Shown here: positions 1-14,887 of the stretch, piece after piece
How positions within the stretch are numbered: the stretch's first letter is position 1
Layout of the letters: each line of letters opens with the position of its first letter
Source: the human T2T-CHM13v2.0 reference genome, Homo sapiens
Strand: one strand, 5' to 3'
DNA length: 64,000 nucleotides
NCBI RefSeq assembly: GCF_009914755.1
Contig: NC_060934.1
The notes under the pieces: model-generated
Seen by the model: only the letters and a program-made list of their open reading frames with translations
Databases searched by the model: none
What the model was told of the DNA's origin: nothing
Program-made: the position numbers and the translations under genes

Positions 1-189
1 TTTGGAGAGTAACTGTTGAAACCAAAGCATAAGATCCAGAAGTCTGCTAAACTATCCTTCTACTATTAGGTGGGACTTTCAAAAAATTCATTCGACCATT
101 CTTCTATCCTGCTGGTTTCTGAGTGAATGTTCACTCATGTTCTTAATCTCATATCTTTTTTCTTTTATACATTCCTTTAAAAAAAATTC

Positions 190-1085
190 TTTGTTTTCAT
201 TTTTAATAATATGTATTTAAGCTGTGCAACATGATGCTTGTTTATTTTCTTATTCTATGTATAAGAGAAAGCAAATTGCATTTGTATTTCCGTGTCTGAA
301 TTATTTTACTTAGCACAATGTCCCCCAGATTCATCCATGCTATCACAAATAGCAAGATCTTCTTTTTTAAAGCTAAATAATATTCCATTGTGCATATATA
401 TGCACTATATATGCAATATATAATGTATATACACTATATATGCACTATATAGTATATATGCACTATATATAATATATATGCACTACATATGCAATATATA
501 ATATAAATGCCCTATATATGCAATATATATAATATATGCACTATATATGCAATATATATAATATATATGCACTATATATGGAATGTATATGCACTACATA
601 TGCAATGTATGTGGAATATATATCCAGTTATTCATCAATGGACACTCAGGTTGTTGTCATATCTTGGCTATTGTGAATAATGCTTCAATTAACATGGGAG
701 TGAAGATACCTCTTAAAGGCTCTGGTTTTATTTTCTTCAGGTATATATACAGAAGAGAGGTTGCTAGCTCATATGGTGGTTTTATTTTTGATTTTTTGAA
801 GCAACTTCATATTGTTCTTTTTATGGCTCTACCAATTTACATTCCCACCAACAGTGTATAAGGGTTGCCTTTTCTCCACATCCTCACCCACACTTACTAT
901 CTATTGTCTTTTTGACAATAGCCATCTTAATATTAGTAGGTGTGAGATGATACCTTATTGTGATTTTGATTTGTATTTCCCTAATGATTAGTGATGTTGA
1001 GGACCATGTCATATGCCTGTTGGCCATTTTTTTTGTCTTCTTTGGAGAAATGTCTTTTTTAGGCACTTTGCCTATTTTAATATCA
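190..1085 (-). mobile_element. Old L1 (L1M-type) ORF2 3' fragment, interrupted by an AT-rich minisatellite
   Basis: Typical antisense L1 text (tattccattgtg...; cttggctattgtgaataatgct; cattcccaccaacagtgtataaggg). ORF 884..1066 translates as degenerate ORF2p ([22 protein letters not shown]). Confidence 0.9.
390..625. repeat. AT-rich minisatellite, ~29-nt degenerate unit gcactatatatgcaatatataatatatat
   Basis: Repeated units are visible directly. Confidence 0.9.
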
Positions 1086-1114
1086 GTTATTTACATTAAG
1101 CCTTCTGTTGATAG

Positions 1115-1449
<335 letters not shown>

Positions 1450-1659
1450 GTTTACTTATGCTTTTAATTTAATATCTTAAAATATGATATACATATATAT
1501 GTACATATGCATACATATATGGTGGTGGTGGTGTTTCATTTCACTGAAGATGAAGACTATTAAATAATTTTGGTTCTTTGTGGGATTCTTTTTGAATTAA
1601 ACTGTTTTAGGCCTCATGTCACTAAACTATAATGAAGGAGGCTGTAAAAATATTGTCTC

Positions 1660-1943
1660 GGCTGGGCGTGGTGGCTCACACCTGTGATCCCAGCACTTTT
1701 TTGGGAGGTGGAGGTGGGTAGATCAAGAGGTCAGGAGATCAAGACCATCCTGGCCAACATGGTGAAACCCCGTCTTCCCTAAAAATAAAAAAAATTAGCC
1801 AGGCATGGTGGCATGCACCTGTAGTCCCAGCTACTCAGGAGGCTGAGGCAGGAGAATCGCTTGACCCGGGAGGTGGAGGTTGAGATTGCGCCACTGCACT
1901 CCAGCTGGGCGACAGAGCAAGACTTCATCTCAAAAAAAAAAAA
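1660..1943 (+). mobile_element. AluS (Sc-like)
   Basis: Full dimer with poly(A); motif ggagatcaagaccatcctggccaac. Confidence 0.95.
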
Positions 1944-1964
1944 ATTCTCATAAAACTTGTTTTG

Positions 1965-2306
<342 letters not shown>

Positions 2307-3496
2307 TTACAGGGAAGCAGATGAGGATATTCTGCAATACATTTCACGGTGTCTGCTCCCCAAGATATTATGCCATGAGAAAATGAGAAAGAGAAAGAGA
2401 CAGAGACAGGGTGAGAGACCTTATGTTTCAATAACAGACATAGTTCTTTTGAACTTGTTTGTGTCTTCTGGACATTATAAATAGTACCTAGGAGTTTTAC
2501 CATTTAACTTTTGGTTTCTTGAAATCTCAGTGCAAGATTTGTGGCCCACCTCCAACAAGCATATAAACCTTCTGGCCTACATTTGTGTGCTAGCTTACCT
2601 ATGTCTTCATCTTACCTTTTCTACCTTTTCTCACTTAAAATCTTGTTTGGTATTTGTTTTGGAGATGGGAAAAAAGCAAATAAAATTGAATCGCCATAAT
2701 ACATAAGGTTGTGTATCACTAAGTTGCTTTCCACTTTCTCTTAATCTGATGAATTCCAGCCCTTTGGCTTTATTCTGAGCACATTTTCCCAAAGCTGTAA
2801 TTATCTCTGTAGAGTACTCCATTCTGAGAGGTCTTTCTTCACTGAGTTCACACAGGATATCTTCCCTCACTGCCTCCCACACAATGATTCTGTTAAGCTG
2901 AGGAAGTTACTAGAGAATGACAGGCTAAGTAGTGATGCTTTTATTAAGAAAGTTTCTTCCACTATTTATTGTGTTATACATTAACAGGATAATAGCTGAC
3001 AAAAGATGAGAATATAAAATATTCCACATGTGTTTATAACCAGACAGTGAACTCATTTCATATTTATTGTTTGGTTTTATTTTCCTCTTTTTAATTAAAA
3101 AGGTGGTAAGCTGTGGAATGATGGTATAGATTTGTATATTTAAATAGAATTAGAGGTCTTGTCAGGGGCCTGTTTGGAATTAGCCTGTTAAGGATTACAG
3201 ATCTGAACATGGGGTCAGACACTAAGTGACGTTACTGGATATCCAGACTTTTAAATCTCTTCTGTCAGAGGCCATCAAACCAGATCTAAGCGCTGGTACC
3301 TTTACCTTACCCTTCAAATTAAAATAGGCTGTCCTCACTCTTTCTGCTTGAGGCCTTATCATAGTTAGTGGTCTGTGAATTTTGTCAAGAGAGGGTCACA
3401 GGCCAAGATGCAGACTGACTTCCTTTTTACTTGTCTGGAATCTTATTACTCAGTTCCTCAATTATTTTTTACTCAATAATTGGACATTTTCCTTAG

Positions 3497-3527
3497 AATC
3501 CATGTTGTTCGAGGTCTCGTCCTGTAG
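3497..3527 (+). other. Candidate 31-nt exon
   Basis: Acceptor cattttccttag and donor tag|gtaagg. Splice motifs only. Confidence 0.2.
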
Positions 3528-5249
3528 GTAAGGTGTGTAGCTCATTGAGGCTTTGAGAATATGGAGAGAATGTTAAGAGTTTGCCCTATGGAAAAACTGC
3601 ATAGGAATCCGAATATTTGAAAGTCAATTCTCTATGTATTCCTTGGAGTGTTCAGTGATACAAAAAGTCTAAATAAAACTGATATATTCTCTTTGAGTAT
3701 GATGCTTGGTAAGTACACTCTGGTTCATTTTGCTTAGGATACTGTATTCTTGGGTCCAGCTGGAATATGGAACATTGAACATTCGATAATGTTTTTTGGG
3801 TAGTAGTTACAGATATCTGCTTACAGTAGCAACTGCTTACAGTAGTAACTCCTACCATTTTCTGTCTGAAACCATTATATGAACATCCAATAAAATATTT
3901 ATTTCCCTAAAGCCTAAAAGGGAAGTAGGACAGGCAGAATTTATCATTTAGAGCATGAAATGTACCAATAATGATGAGTTTTAAGATGGGAAAGTATTTA
4001 AGGTACATTTCAGGTACTGCTCATGCTGAATCTATTATATCTATTTGCTGAATTCTTTCCAACATACAAACTTAGACTGTAGCTACCGCTGACCTAATGA
4101 ACCTGGTTATTTATATGCTGTCTTTTTGTTCATTTGTCTGGTCAAAAGGGCCCACTCACCTTCCTGTGGGCATAGCTGGCGGGAGCAAGTCTGGTATTTC
4201 AGCTGACTTCTCCTTTTGGCTTTCTCTTCTCCTTCTCCTTTTGCTATCTTTTCTCTTCAATTCATTGAAAAATGTCTATATATAAATTACATAAATGCAA
4301 TCTGCATTGCAAAATATCCCAATGAAAAGTATATATGAAATAATTTTTGGCAAACTGAGTCATGTTCTTAGTGGATATGGGTTCCTGTGATTTCAAGGAA
4401 TGCTGTCCTGAACTTTTAATTTAAAAACATTCAACCTCCTAATTATTTTGCCAGTCCGTAGTTTTATGTTTAAGATTGCCCAAAATGTACTGCCTGTCCA
4501 TAATTCTTTCAAGAATTATTGCTTCTGATATTAGCCATTTTAATTCTATTTACTATTTATATAGGTCCTGGGAATATACACCTTTGAATTTTTTGTTGTT
4601 GTCATTTAGCCCTTTAATTTGCTAATTCCAGGAAACAAAAATTGAACTAAGAGACATACCACTGTGTCTTTGCACTTTTTTTCTTGGTGCTTGTTTGGAG
4701 CAGAAACAGGAGGGTCATTTTAGTTTTTTTGTCATACAAGAAAAATTTGAAGAATATTTTAATACTTTGAAAACTGTGGATGCCCTGTGAAAATCAAGTT
4801 GACTTGTGAGGTTAAAACAAATTTTATTTCACATTTTAGTTTGAGAGCATTCTTGCTATATTACAAAGATATTGCTCAGTGCTTTATTTTCATATGCTGG
4901 TTTTGTTAAACTAGCATAGGATATTATATATCTTGTATAATGTACAGTTGTACCTACTTTGATTCATAACTTGGCTTTAAAGTTTTTATGTAGCTTTAAA
5001 AAAGGTGGTTTTTTTGTTCAAACTGAATGAATTTTATGAAAACCTTTTGTTTTACGTGAAGTGTGAGTAAATATAGCTCCTGTATCAGAATCTTGTGGTC
5101 GCGTTTGTTAATATGGAAAGACTTGCAAAATACTGATGGGTATGTTGTGAAACAATTTTGGTGGAGACTGAGTTGTGTAATAAATCACATCACTTGCTGT
5201 TTTGTTTTTAGCAACTGCATCTACTTGTGTTGGTCTTAATTGTAATCTG

Positions 5250-5720
5250 CTGGTCCACAACTGATTTATTCAGTTTTCCATCCATGGATAATTAGTGCTC
5301 TTGTGAATGTGAGGGTAGGAACATCCTTGCAAACGTCTTTTCCTGTTTACATGCAGGAGATGCTTGGCTTATATTTAGAGCTAGAATTTCTGGGTTATTG
5401 GGTTTGTGAAAGGGCTACTCCAAAAAGATAAATCCTGAAATAAGCCCTGCTGAGATAATCCACTTTGAAGATAAAGGGGGTGGGGGAACCCATAATTATC
5501 CTTGTACTGATACACAGTCTTAATTACTGTAGCTTTATAATAAGTCTTTATATCTGATGGGACAAACCGGTCCTCCTTGTTCTTGCTCTTCAGAAGCTGG
5601 CTATTTCAGGAGGTTCTTTCCTTTTCCAGAGCCATTTTAGAATAAACATTTCAGATTTTGCTACAAACTCTTGGGCTTTTGATTGCAATCTTATGAAGTC
5701 TCTGGGTCATTTTGTAAATA
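5250..5720 (-). mobile_element. Ancient L1 (L1ME-like) fragments
   Basis: ttaattactgtagctttataataagtctt and agaatttctgggttattggg resemble antisense L1 ORF2. Confidence 0.6.
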
Positions 5721-5753
5721 ATTCAATTTCTAAACAACTGGGAGACTACGTAA

Positions 5754-6119
<366 letters not shown>

Positions 6120-6329
6120 ATCATAACAAATTGTTAATAGTGACTATTTGACTGTGACCTTTTTTAGTTGAAATGAAATTTCCAGATGGAGAGCTGGGGA
6201 GGTTTTCTTATCACATCATCAGACTAACCATACATCTAATTGTTTCCTAGGAAACAAATGGGGAATGATAGTTTAATTAAAATGAACAACTCAGTTAAGG
6301 GAAGGAAATGTTAATACCTGGCTTCTTAG

Positions 6330-6490
6330 GAACTATCACGATGGAGGAGTGAGCTCAACTCAAATAACACATGGACATGATGATATTTTCGCAATGTGCC
6401 TCTTCGCATCTTATCTCTGGACCAGCAACGCTCCAATCAAGACTTTGTCTTAAGTTTGCTGCATCCTAAGAAACAGCTTTGGAAAGAAAG
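6330..6490 (+). other. Candidate non-coding exon (161 nt)
   Basis: Acceptor ggcttcttag and donor aag|gtaaaa. Non-repetitive, four CpGs, stop codons in all three frames. Confidence 0.25.
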
Positions 6491-7099
6491 GTAAAATCTC
6501 CAAGCTTTAGGATCCTCCTTAACAATGGCTCACTAGCTGATTCATTTCGATCCCATTGGAGATTTACTTTGAATGAGAGTACAGTTTGCAAGTTGCTACC
6601 CCTCCATAGACAATAGAATTTATTATTTTATTTAGACTACAGGCATTTGCAAAGGAGAGGGGTACAATTTTGTTGTTTGATTTGAAAATGTGAACTCCAC
6701 CTCCAGCTCAGCACAGTCCATGACTGGCTACGGCTCTGAAGTCAGGCTTGGTGATCTGAGTATTTTTTAATCAGGAGTACATGGAAAAGCCAGGCAGCTT
6801 GTTTTATTTCTTGGTTGTTTAGCCTTCTTTATCTTTTTAACATCTGTTGTTCATTTCAGATATTTTTAAAAACAAGCAAGATTTAAAGTCATTCTGCACA
6901 TGACAGTCTCATTGTCTGGACATTGCAAAACAGCTCCATGCAGGAAGCCAGATTGGTGCAATCTCAGTTTTGTCAAGCTGTTTTTAGAAGAGGTGTTTGA
7001 AAATAGGCATGGCCAATAAGAAGCTGATTTTTTTTTTAAGCCAAGGACTTTTGTTTGACTTCAGATGGCTTTTCTCCAGCCCCCAGTTCTATTGTTCTG

Positions 7100-7620
7100 T
7101 CTTCAACAGGCCTGGCCTTTCTAGCCTGGCTGACTGCAAAGGCTTCCCACCTTACCTCCAAAGTTGCCCTGCTGGAACCCATTCTTCATTCCACAGCCAG
7201 AAAGATCTTTCTAAAATGCAAATCTGACTGTGTCCCTCCTCTGTTGGAACCACTCCTGTGCCTTTCCGTTGCTCTCATGCTGAAGGTATCTGGTCCTGTT
7301 TGACCTCTTCAGGTTCAAGTTCAGCACTTTCTGTCCTTCCCCAGGATCCCCGTACATTGTCTCTGTTCTGAAATTGTGCACGTGCTTTTACCTCTTTTTG
7401 GTGCACGCTTTCCTCTTTTTTTTTTTTTTTTTTTTTTTTTGGCTTTTTGTCCTTCAGATCTCCACTTAGCCTTGATGTCTTTATCGTTTCACTGATCATC
7501 AATAGTAATTACTTGTGCCTGCATTTGACTATAAACTGCCTTCTGTGACTCATTCTCCAGTGCCTCCCTAGCTCCAAGCATAGGAAGCTCTCTGAAAATT
7601 TGCTGTAGGATGCTTGTTAG
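7100..7620 (+). mobile_element. L2 fragment
   Basis: ccacagccagaaagatctttctaaaatgcaaatctgactgtgtccctcctctg is a characteristic L2 segment. Confidence 0.75.
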
Positions 7621-7772
7621 CGTTCCACTTTTATAAATGGTGCTGTGTTTGTTCAGGTTTATCACTCATGCAAAGAGTTTTGTTGATACTTTCTTACCAC
7701 ATGTTTCTTTGAGCAAAATTTCTAAGTTACAATTTCTGTAATGTGATGTCCTGGGTTAAAGTATCAACGACA

Positions 7773-8065
<293 letters not shown>

Positions 8066-8754
8066 TCATATATATTTGTGAAGAACTGAGAACTCATTTA
8101 CAAAGGATGATTTACAAATTGTCCAGTCATATACTAAGCTAGCAAGAACAGAGAAAGGGATACTTTAATCGGTGTTATCAAGAGTAGTTTTAAATTTCTG
8201 AGCTTTGTAAATCTGAATAACATTTCAAAGGCTGTGAAAGGACAAGATTTTAATCCTCTCTAATTTGTAACCCACAACTTGAATTGTCTGATAAAATATT
8301 AAAATCTGTTAATTTGCTTCTCTGGAGAGAATTCCATAGTTAAAAATGATATATGGGTAAACAATGAGTGAAATAGAAATTAGAGATAGAGCCATGAAAT
8401 TTGCATAAATAGCTTTCCACCTATCTCAAGGCAAAGGAGTCCAACTGGGAAACACCCCCTGGGAAATAGATATTTAAGAGATTTTTCAGATACAGATCAC
8501 TTGGTAGCCTTTTAAATATTTTTCAACAAAAGAATCAATACAATCTCTTAGTACCACACTCAGGGACTTGAGTTAACTCTTTTCACAGTCTTAATGTGAT
8601 CCACTTGCTGACGTTTTAATCCGTTCAGGTCAGCATCTACCATGTAATCAACAGTTTGTTTCTCTTATACTCAGAGCACATTTTTTTCTTACCTTGGCTT
8701 TTACTGTTTTTCTTGAAACATTCTCCAGAGTTCTTCCTCTCTTCCATACTCATG

Positions 8755-9145
8755 GTATGGTGTGAACATCTGATATTTCTATCTCCTCAGTATCTCTTTC
8801 CCCCATCCTTTGGTAACAGCACCCTCCCATTATTTAGGAATGTCCTCTCCCCACTCTATGTTGTTCTCCTGGGTTTCTTTTAATAGTGGCATATTTCCTG
8901 TGATCAGCTTGTGTCTCAAAAGTGGCCATGCAGAGTGTATCTTCACCCCGGACCTCAGGCTAACTGGTCTTTCTCTAACTATGCTCCGGAAAAGAGAAGG
9001 TTTTTTTTTTTCCTGGGAGTTGTTGCATTGGGAAGATAAAAGTCTAGAGCCATCCATAGGCAATCTTGGACTGCCCAATGTGATAAAGCAGGAAATTCTG
9101 ATTTTGAGCTGGGATTTGTTACTTGCTGCTGAAAGAGTCTTGAGA
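8755..9145 (+). mobile_element. Old ERVL-class LTR (LTR16/LTR33-like)
   Basis: Contains cctttggtaacagcaccc near the 5' end and tgagctgggatttgttacttgctgctgaaagagtc at the 3' end. Confidence 0.5.
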
Positions 9146-9204
9146 AATCCATCAAAGTGTTTAATTATATTGCTATTTGTGTAAGTATTCAATTGAGGAC
9201 TATT

Positions 9205-9348
9205 CTTCCCACTAAATTGTAAGCTCTATGAGGGTAGGAACCAGGTTTGTTTCCTTTTTTTTTTGTTTGTTTTTTTGCTTGTTTGTTTTCTTGGCACCTT
9301 TCATAGTGCTTGGTATATAGAAGGCAATTAATAAATACTTAATGAACT
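9205..9348 (+). mobile_element. L2 3' end
   Basis: tgtaagctctatgagggtagg ... atagtgcttggtatatagaagg ... aataaatac. Confidence 0.75.
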
Positions 9349-9686
9349 TTTCTGCATAATTTTCATTTGATAGGGCATATTATCAATGACCATTAAAATG
9401 ATTCAAATCTCAGATGTCCAGTGGCATTCATCAGATAAGTCATAAGCTGTGACTGTGATATATTCTTTCTTCTCTGTTGGTTTTCTTGGGTGATTTTTTT
9501 ATCCCATTCTGATATTACATATTCAATTCTTGTACCTGGGTCTTATTTTTCTCATCTTTCTTGGTGTTTCACTTACTGTCTTCCTTTATTTGGCTAGCAG
9601 TTCCTGTCCTCATTTTATTTTTCCTATGGGTATAGATGAACTTTCTAGGCAGTGGGAAACCATGAAAGGGAAGGCTTTAACTCTTT

Positions 9687-10222
9687 TTTGTTTTTTTAAC
9701 TTTTATTTTAGGTTGAGGGGTACATGTGAAGGTTTGTTATTTAGGTAAGCTTGTGCCACAGGGGTTTGCTGTACAGATTATTTTGTCACCCAGGTAGTAA
9801 GCTTAGTACCCAATAGTTATTTTTTCTGCTCCTCTCACTCCTCCCACTCTCCGCCCTCAGATAGACCCCAGTGTCTGTTGTTCTCTTTGTGCCCATGTGT
9901 TCTCATCGTTTAGCTCCCACTTATAAGTAAGAACATGTGATATTTGGTTTTCTGTTCGTGCATTACTTTGCTAAGGATAATGTCCTCCATCCCTTTTCCT
10001 GCAAAGGATATGATCTCATTCTTTTTTGTGGCTGCATAATATTCCCTAGTGTATAGGTATCATATTTTCTTCATTCAGTCCATCACTGATGTACATTTAG
10101 GTTGATTCCACATCTTTGCTATTGTAAATAGTACTGCAATGCATGTCTGCATGCATGTGTCTTTATGGTAGAATGATTTATGTTTTTGACCCAGCAATCC
10201 CTTTACTGCATATACACCCAGA
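9687..10222 (-). mobile_element. 5'-truncated, 5'-inverted L1 (L1PA13-16-like) with TSD
   Basis: L1PA 3'UTR and ORF2 end in antisense; inverted piece at about 10184-10222. TSD gctttaactcttt at 9674-9686 and 10223-10235. Confidence 0.92.
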
Positions 10223-11134
10223 GCTTTAACTCTTTCATGGATGACATATCATAGTTTTTGTTAGTCCAATAATCTGCACCCAGAAATAAGAGGCAAAAAC
10301 CCATCAAACAAATGGGTTTTTTGTTTATTCATTTATTATTTTTCATTTATTCATAAGTGCTCCATAGCCAATGCTTATTGATGTTGTTTATTTAATACTT
10401 TTGTTTATTGGGGTTCTCCAGAATTTAAAAAATTTAAAAACAAAACAAAAATAGTATAACTATGCTTCAGACATAGCACCTAGCACGTAGTAGGCTCTTA
10501 ATTTAAAAATTGTTGACTGACTTATTGAATAGCCCACAAAGGTCTATCTTGCATCTAATAAATGCATTGACTCATTTATCTTTCCATTCATTTACTCAAT
10601 AACTCATCAGTAATTAAAAAGAAACACGGAGGAATGCATGAATGCACTTATTAGAAATAAAATAGACTGTTGTAGGTTAATTGAAAACCTAGCCATTATA
10701 TCTCATATTCTTTATACATAAGTTGGAGATGATACATGTTACACATGTCTGTGTGATGTGTGCTTAAAATATATGACATTTCATGATATAATTTGAAATA
10801 TCTTTGTAAAGTTCAATTTGCATAATTTTTATATTAGTTAACCTTTTCCTCCACCAGGGTAACTTCAGTTGGAAGATGTTTCTACTGTCAATCGAATTTT
10901 TTAATTCACTGTGTGAGATAGAAAAAGACATGGTTTCTATATATAAGGGGTGTGATTTACAAGAGGCTATGTGCATGTGTATAACATGGATACAGTGCGA
11001 GGGACAAACCAATACTTGTGGTTGCACAAGGGAGCCGGGGAAGAGTCCCGCGGAGGTGTGTGTGGTGGGAAAGTTCTCCAGGGAAGACAACATTCGATTG
11101 TCTTGTGGTTGCTAAAAGGACGCTTTTGACGCCA

Positions 11135-11265
11135 GATGGGCTTGAGTCCAAATCTTGGCTCTGAAATTTCCTCGTTGCCATTTTGACCTTGGGAAAAAAT
11201 ATTAACCCTCGAACCTCCATTTCTTCATCTGTAACACAGCAGTAAAATTACTCATCTCTCTAGTC
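11135..11265 (+). mobile_element. MIR
   Basis: MIR core: tgaccttggg...cctccatttcttcatctgtaa. Confidence 0.75.
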
Positions 11266-11529
11266 ATAATAACTGTTGTCAAAAATGTCTGTTCTCTGAA
11301 TGTTTGGTGGGTTTCAGTAGAAAAAATAAGGAAGTTGGAAGTGGGAAGTTAAGGATGTCAGAGGCAGAGACAAAAAAGGGCAGGGCAAGGCATGGAATTT
11401 TCTCTGAAAACTTTACTTAATCTCATTAAGTGTTGGTTATTGATGAATCTATATTTCAAAGTACCAGACATAAAACCATATCACCTTCGGTCTAATGATA
11501 GTCAAGTGCAGTGCTACTGTTGCAGGTCT

Positions 11530-11660
11530 GGGAAAAATTCAGGCCAATGAGAGCCTTTGATGGCCGTGGGAACAGTAAATTGCAGCAGTGCTGCAATTAA
11601 CTAGAAGTGCCGACTGCACCTCCAGCAGGCTCAGACTTGCATGGCTGCCTGCTGGAATGC
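11530..11660. promoter_or_regulatory. Candidate enhancer (CCAAT, TCF/LEF, RBPJ, palindrome, TEAD-like motif)
   Basis: CCAAT 11544-48; CCTTTGATG 11554-62; CGTGGGAA 11565-72; palindrome 11578-98; GGAATG 11654-59. Confidence 0.4.
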
Positions 11661-11933
11661 AAAGCTTTTCTCTTATTCACAACCCTCCCACTCACTCATT
11701 GATAGCCTAGGGCCAGATCTGGATGTGGAAAACATTATTCCAATAAAAGGTGCGTTAAAAGAACACTCAGGGAGTTTATTTTTTAACAAACTCATGTTGT
11801 GTAAAATGAGATGAGGGTCTCAGAAACAGTTTTCTTTTCTTGGCATGGGCTGAGGACACTAAGCGAAATTCTGCCGCGTCATCTACTTTGAAGCAAGAAA
11901 ATACTTTGACCTTATTAATGTACTTGTTTCTAG

Positions 11934-12062
11934 GGATAAATAAACCACCTTAGGAGATTACACAATTCCCTTGGATGATAAGTTAACTTTTTTTGGATAA
12001 TGATGCTCTGTGTATAAAGGAATCCAAAATGCTACCTGTGTGTTAGTGAATTAATCGAAAAG
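11934..12062 (+). other. Candidate non-coding exon (129 nt)
   Basis: Acceptor tacttgtttctag and strong donor aag|gtaagc; early stops in all frames. Confidence 0.2.
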
Positions 12063-12571
12063 GTAAGCAATCTATGTGTAAGAAAAAGACACCTGTTCTA
12101 AGATTGCATCAATGAATAGAAGATAAGAAATGTCAAAATAAAAAATGCATACAAATCTTTAAAAAGCATTCAGAGTTCAGAGTTTCCTGGGCATTTCATA
12201 TTTTGCTTTTTTTTTTTTTTCTCCAGAACTGTATGGAGGCCTTTAGTGTTTTGGTTGAGTCTAGCCCTAAACATATGGGCAATAGAAGTGGACGTCTTCA
12301 TGGTGTTATTTGAAAGCAATGGAACCAGTCCTTGTTCCTGCATGAACTTGCAGGTTGTCATTAACTTACAGAGTCATTTATTTGGGTTTAGTTAATATAT
12401 CTTGGAAAATGTGAAATATTGCAAGGAGGAGGAATGGTCATCCATATCTTCTGCATTTGAAACCTAGAACAGGTGTGCTAAAAAGACAGGTATAGTGTCC
12501 AGGTTTCAATGGACTGGGAAAGGAAGCCTTTGGCAAGGCCCCTGGTTAGATCAAGAACAGCACAAAATCAC

Positions 12572-12636
12572 AGAGAAAGAGAGAGGTAGAGAGAGAGAGA
12601 GAGAGAGTGTGTGTGTGTGTGTCTGTGTGTGTCTGT
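12572..12636. repeat. Compound (GA)n(GT)n microsatellite
   Basis: Seen directly. Confidence 0.95.
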
Positions 12637-12994
12637 GAAGAGACAGGGGTTAACAAAGGCAGAGGGACAGATATACCAAAAAGGGGCTGAGAGAAAACTG
12701 CTCAAGAAAGAGGTTGGGGTCTCTGAGGACCGAATCAATATCCCATTTGCTACACTATCTGTATACCACCTATGCCACCATTTCAATACACATCTGGCAA
12801 TAGACTGTTTGTTAATATTATCAGACATTAGTAACTTTTCAAGCTTCCCAAATTATCTAATTGGATTAGCCTATAAACTAAACAAAATTGGCTCAAGATG
12901 TAATTGTTTCGAAAGGACTGAGATGACTGAATTAAAGTGACATTAATATGCTGTTAGGTTGGGGTTGATAGTGAGGTTTAGCTCTGAGAAGAAT

Positions 12995-14570
<1,576 letters not shown>

Positions 14571-14887
14571 AGTAGGTGCATAAGTGAGTTGAGAATCTAT
14601 ACTACCAATACAGGAAACCATGTTAGGATCACTGTCTCAACAAAAATGATCACAGCCTTCCAAAAATGCAACTTGACTTTAAAAAGGCTTTCTTTTATCA
14701 CTTGCAAGAATATTGCTGTGACACCTAATAAAAATTTAATTAAGGCTTAGATGATATCACGTTTTATGTAACCTGAAGTCCTTAAATCCATGAAATCACT
14801 CAAATAGAATCAAGTTTGTTGGAAAGAGAATCTCATTTTAAGAAGTGGCAGCAGGAAAAATGAGTAAGTTCCATTTTATTTTATCAG

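Noticed and set aside
390-625. Regularly repeated units that might suggest a CRISPR-like array
   Set aside because: A degenerate AT minisatellite with no unique spacers, in primate DNA.
8810-9192. Overlapping 124-aa and 120-aa ORFs on opposite strands
   Set aside because: They lie in an old LTR-like repeat and show no recognisable domain or exon structure.
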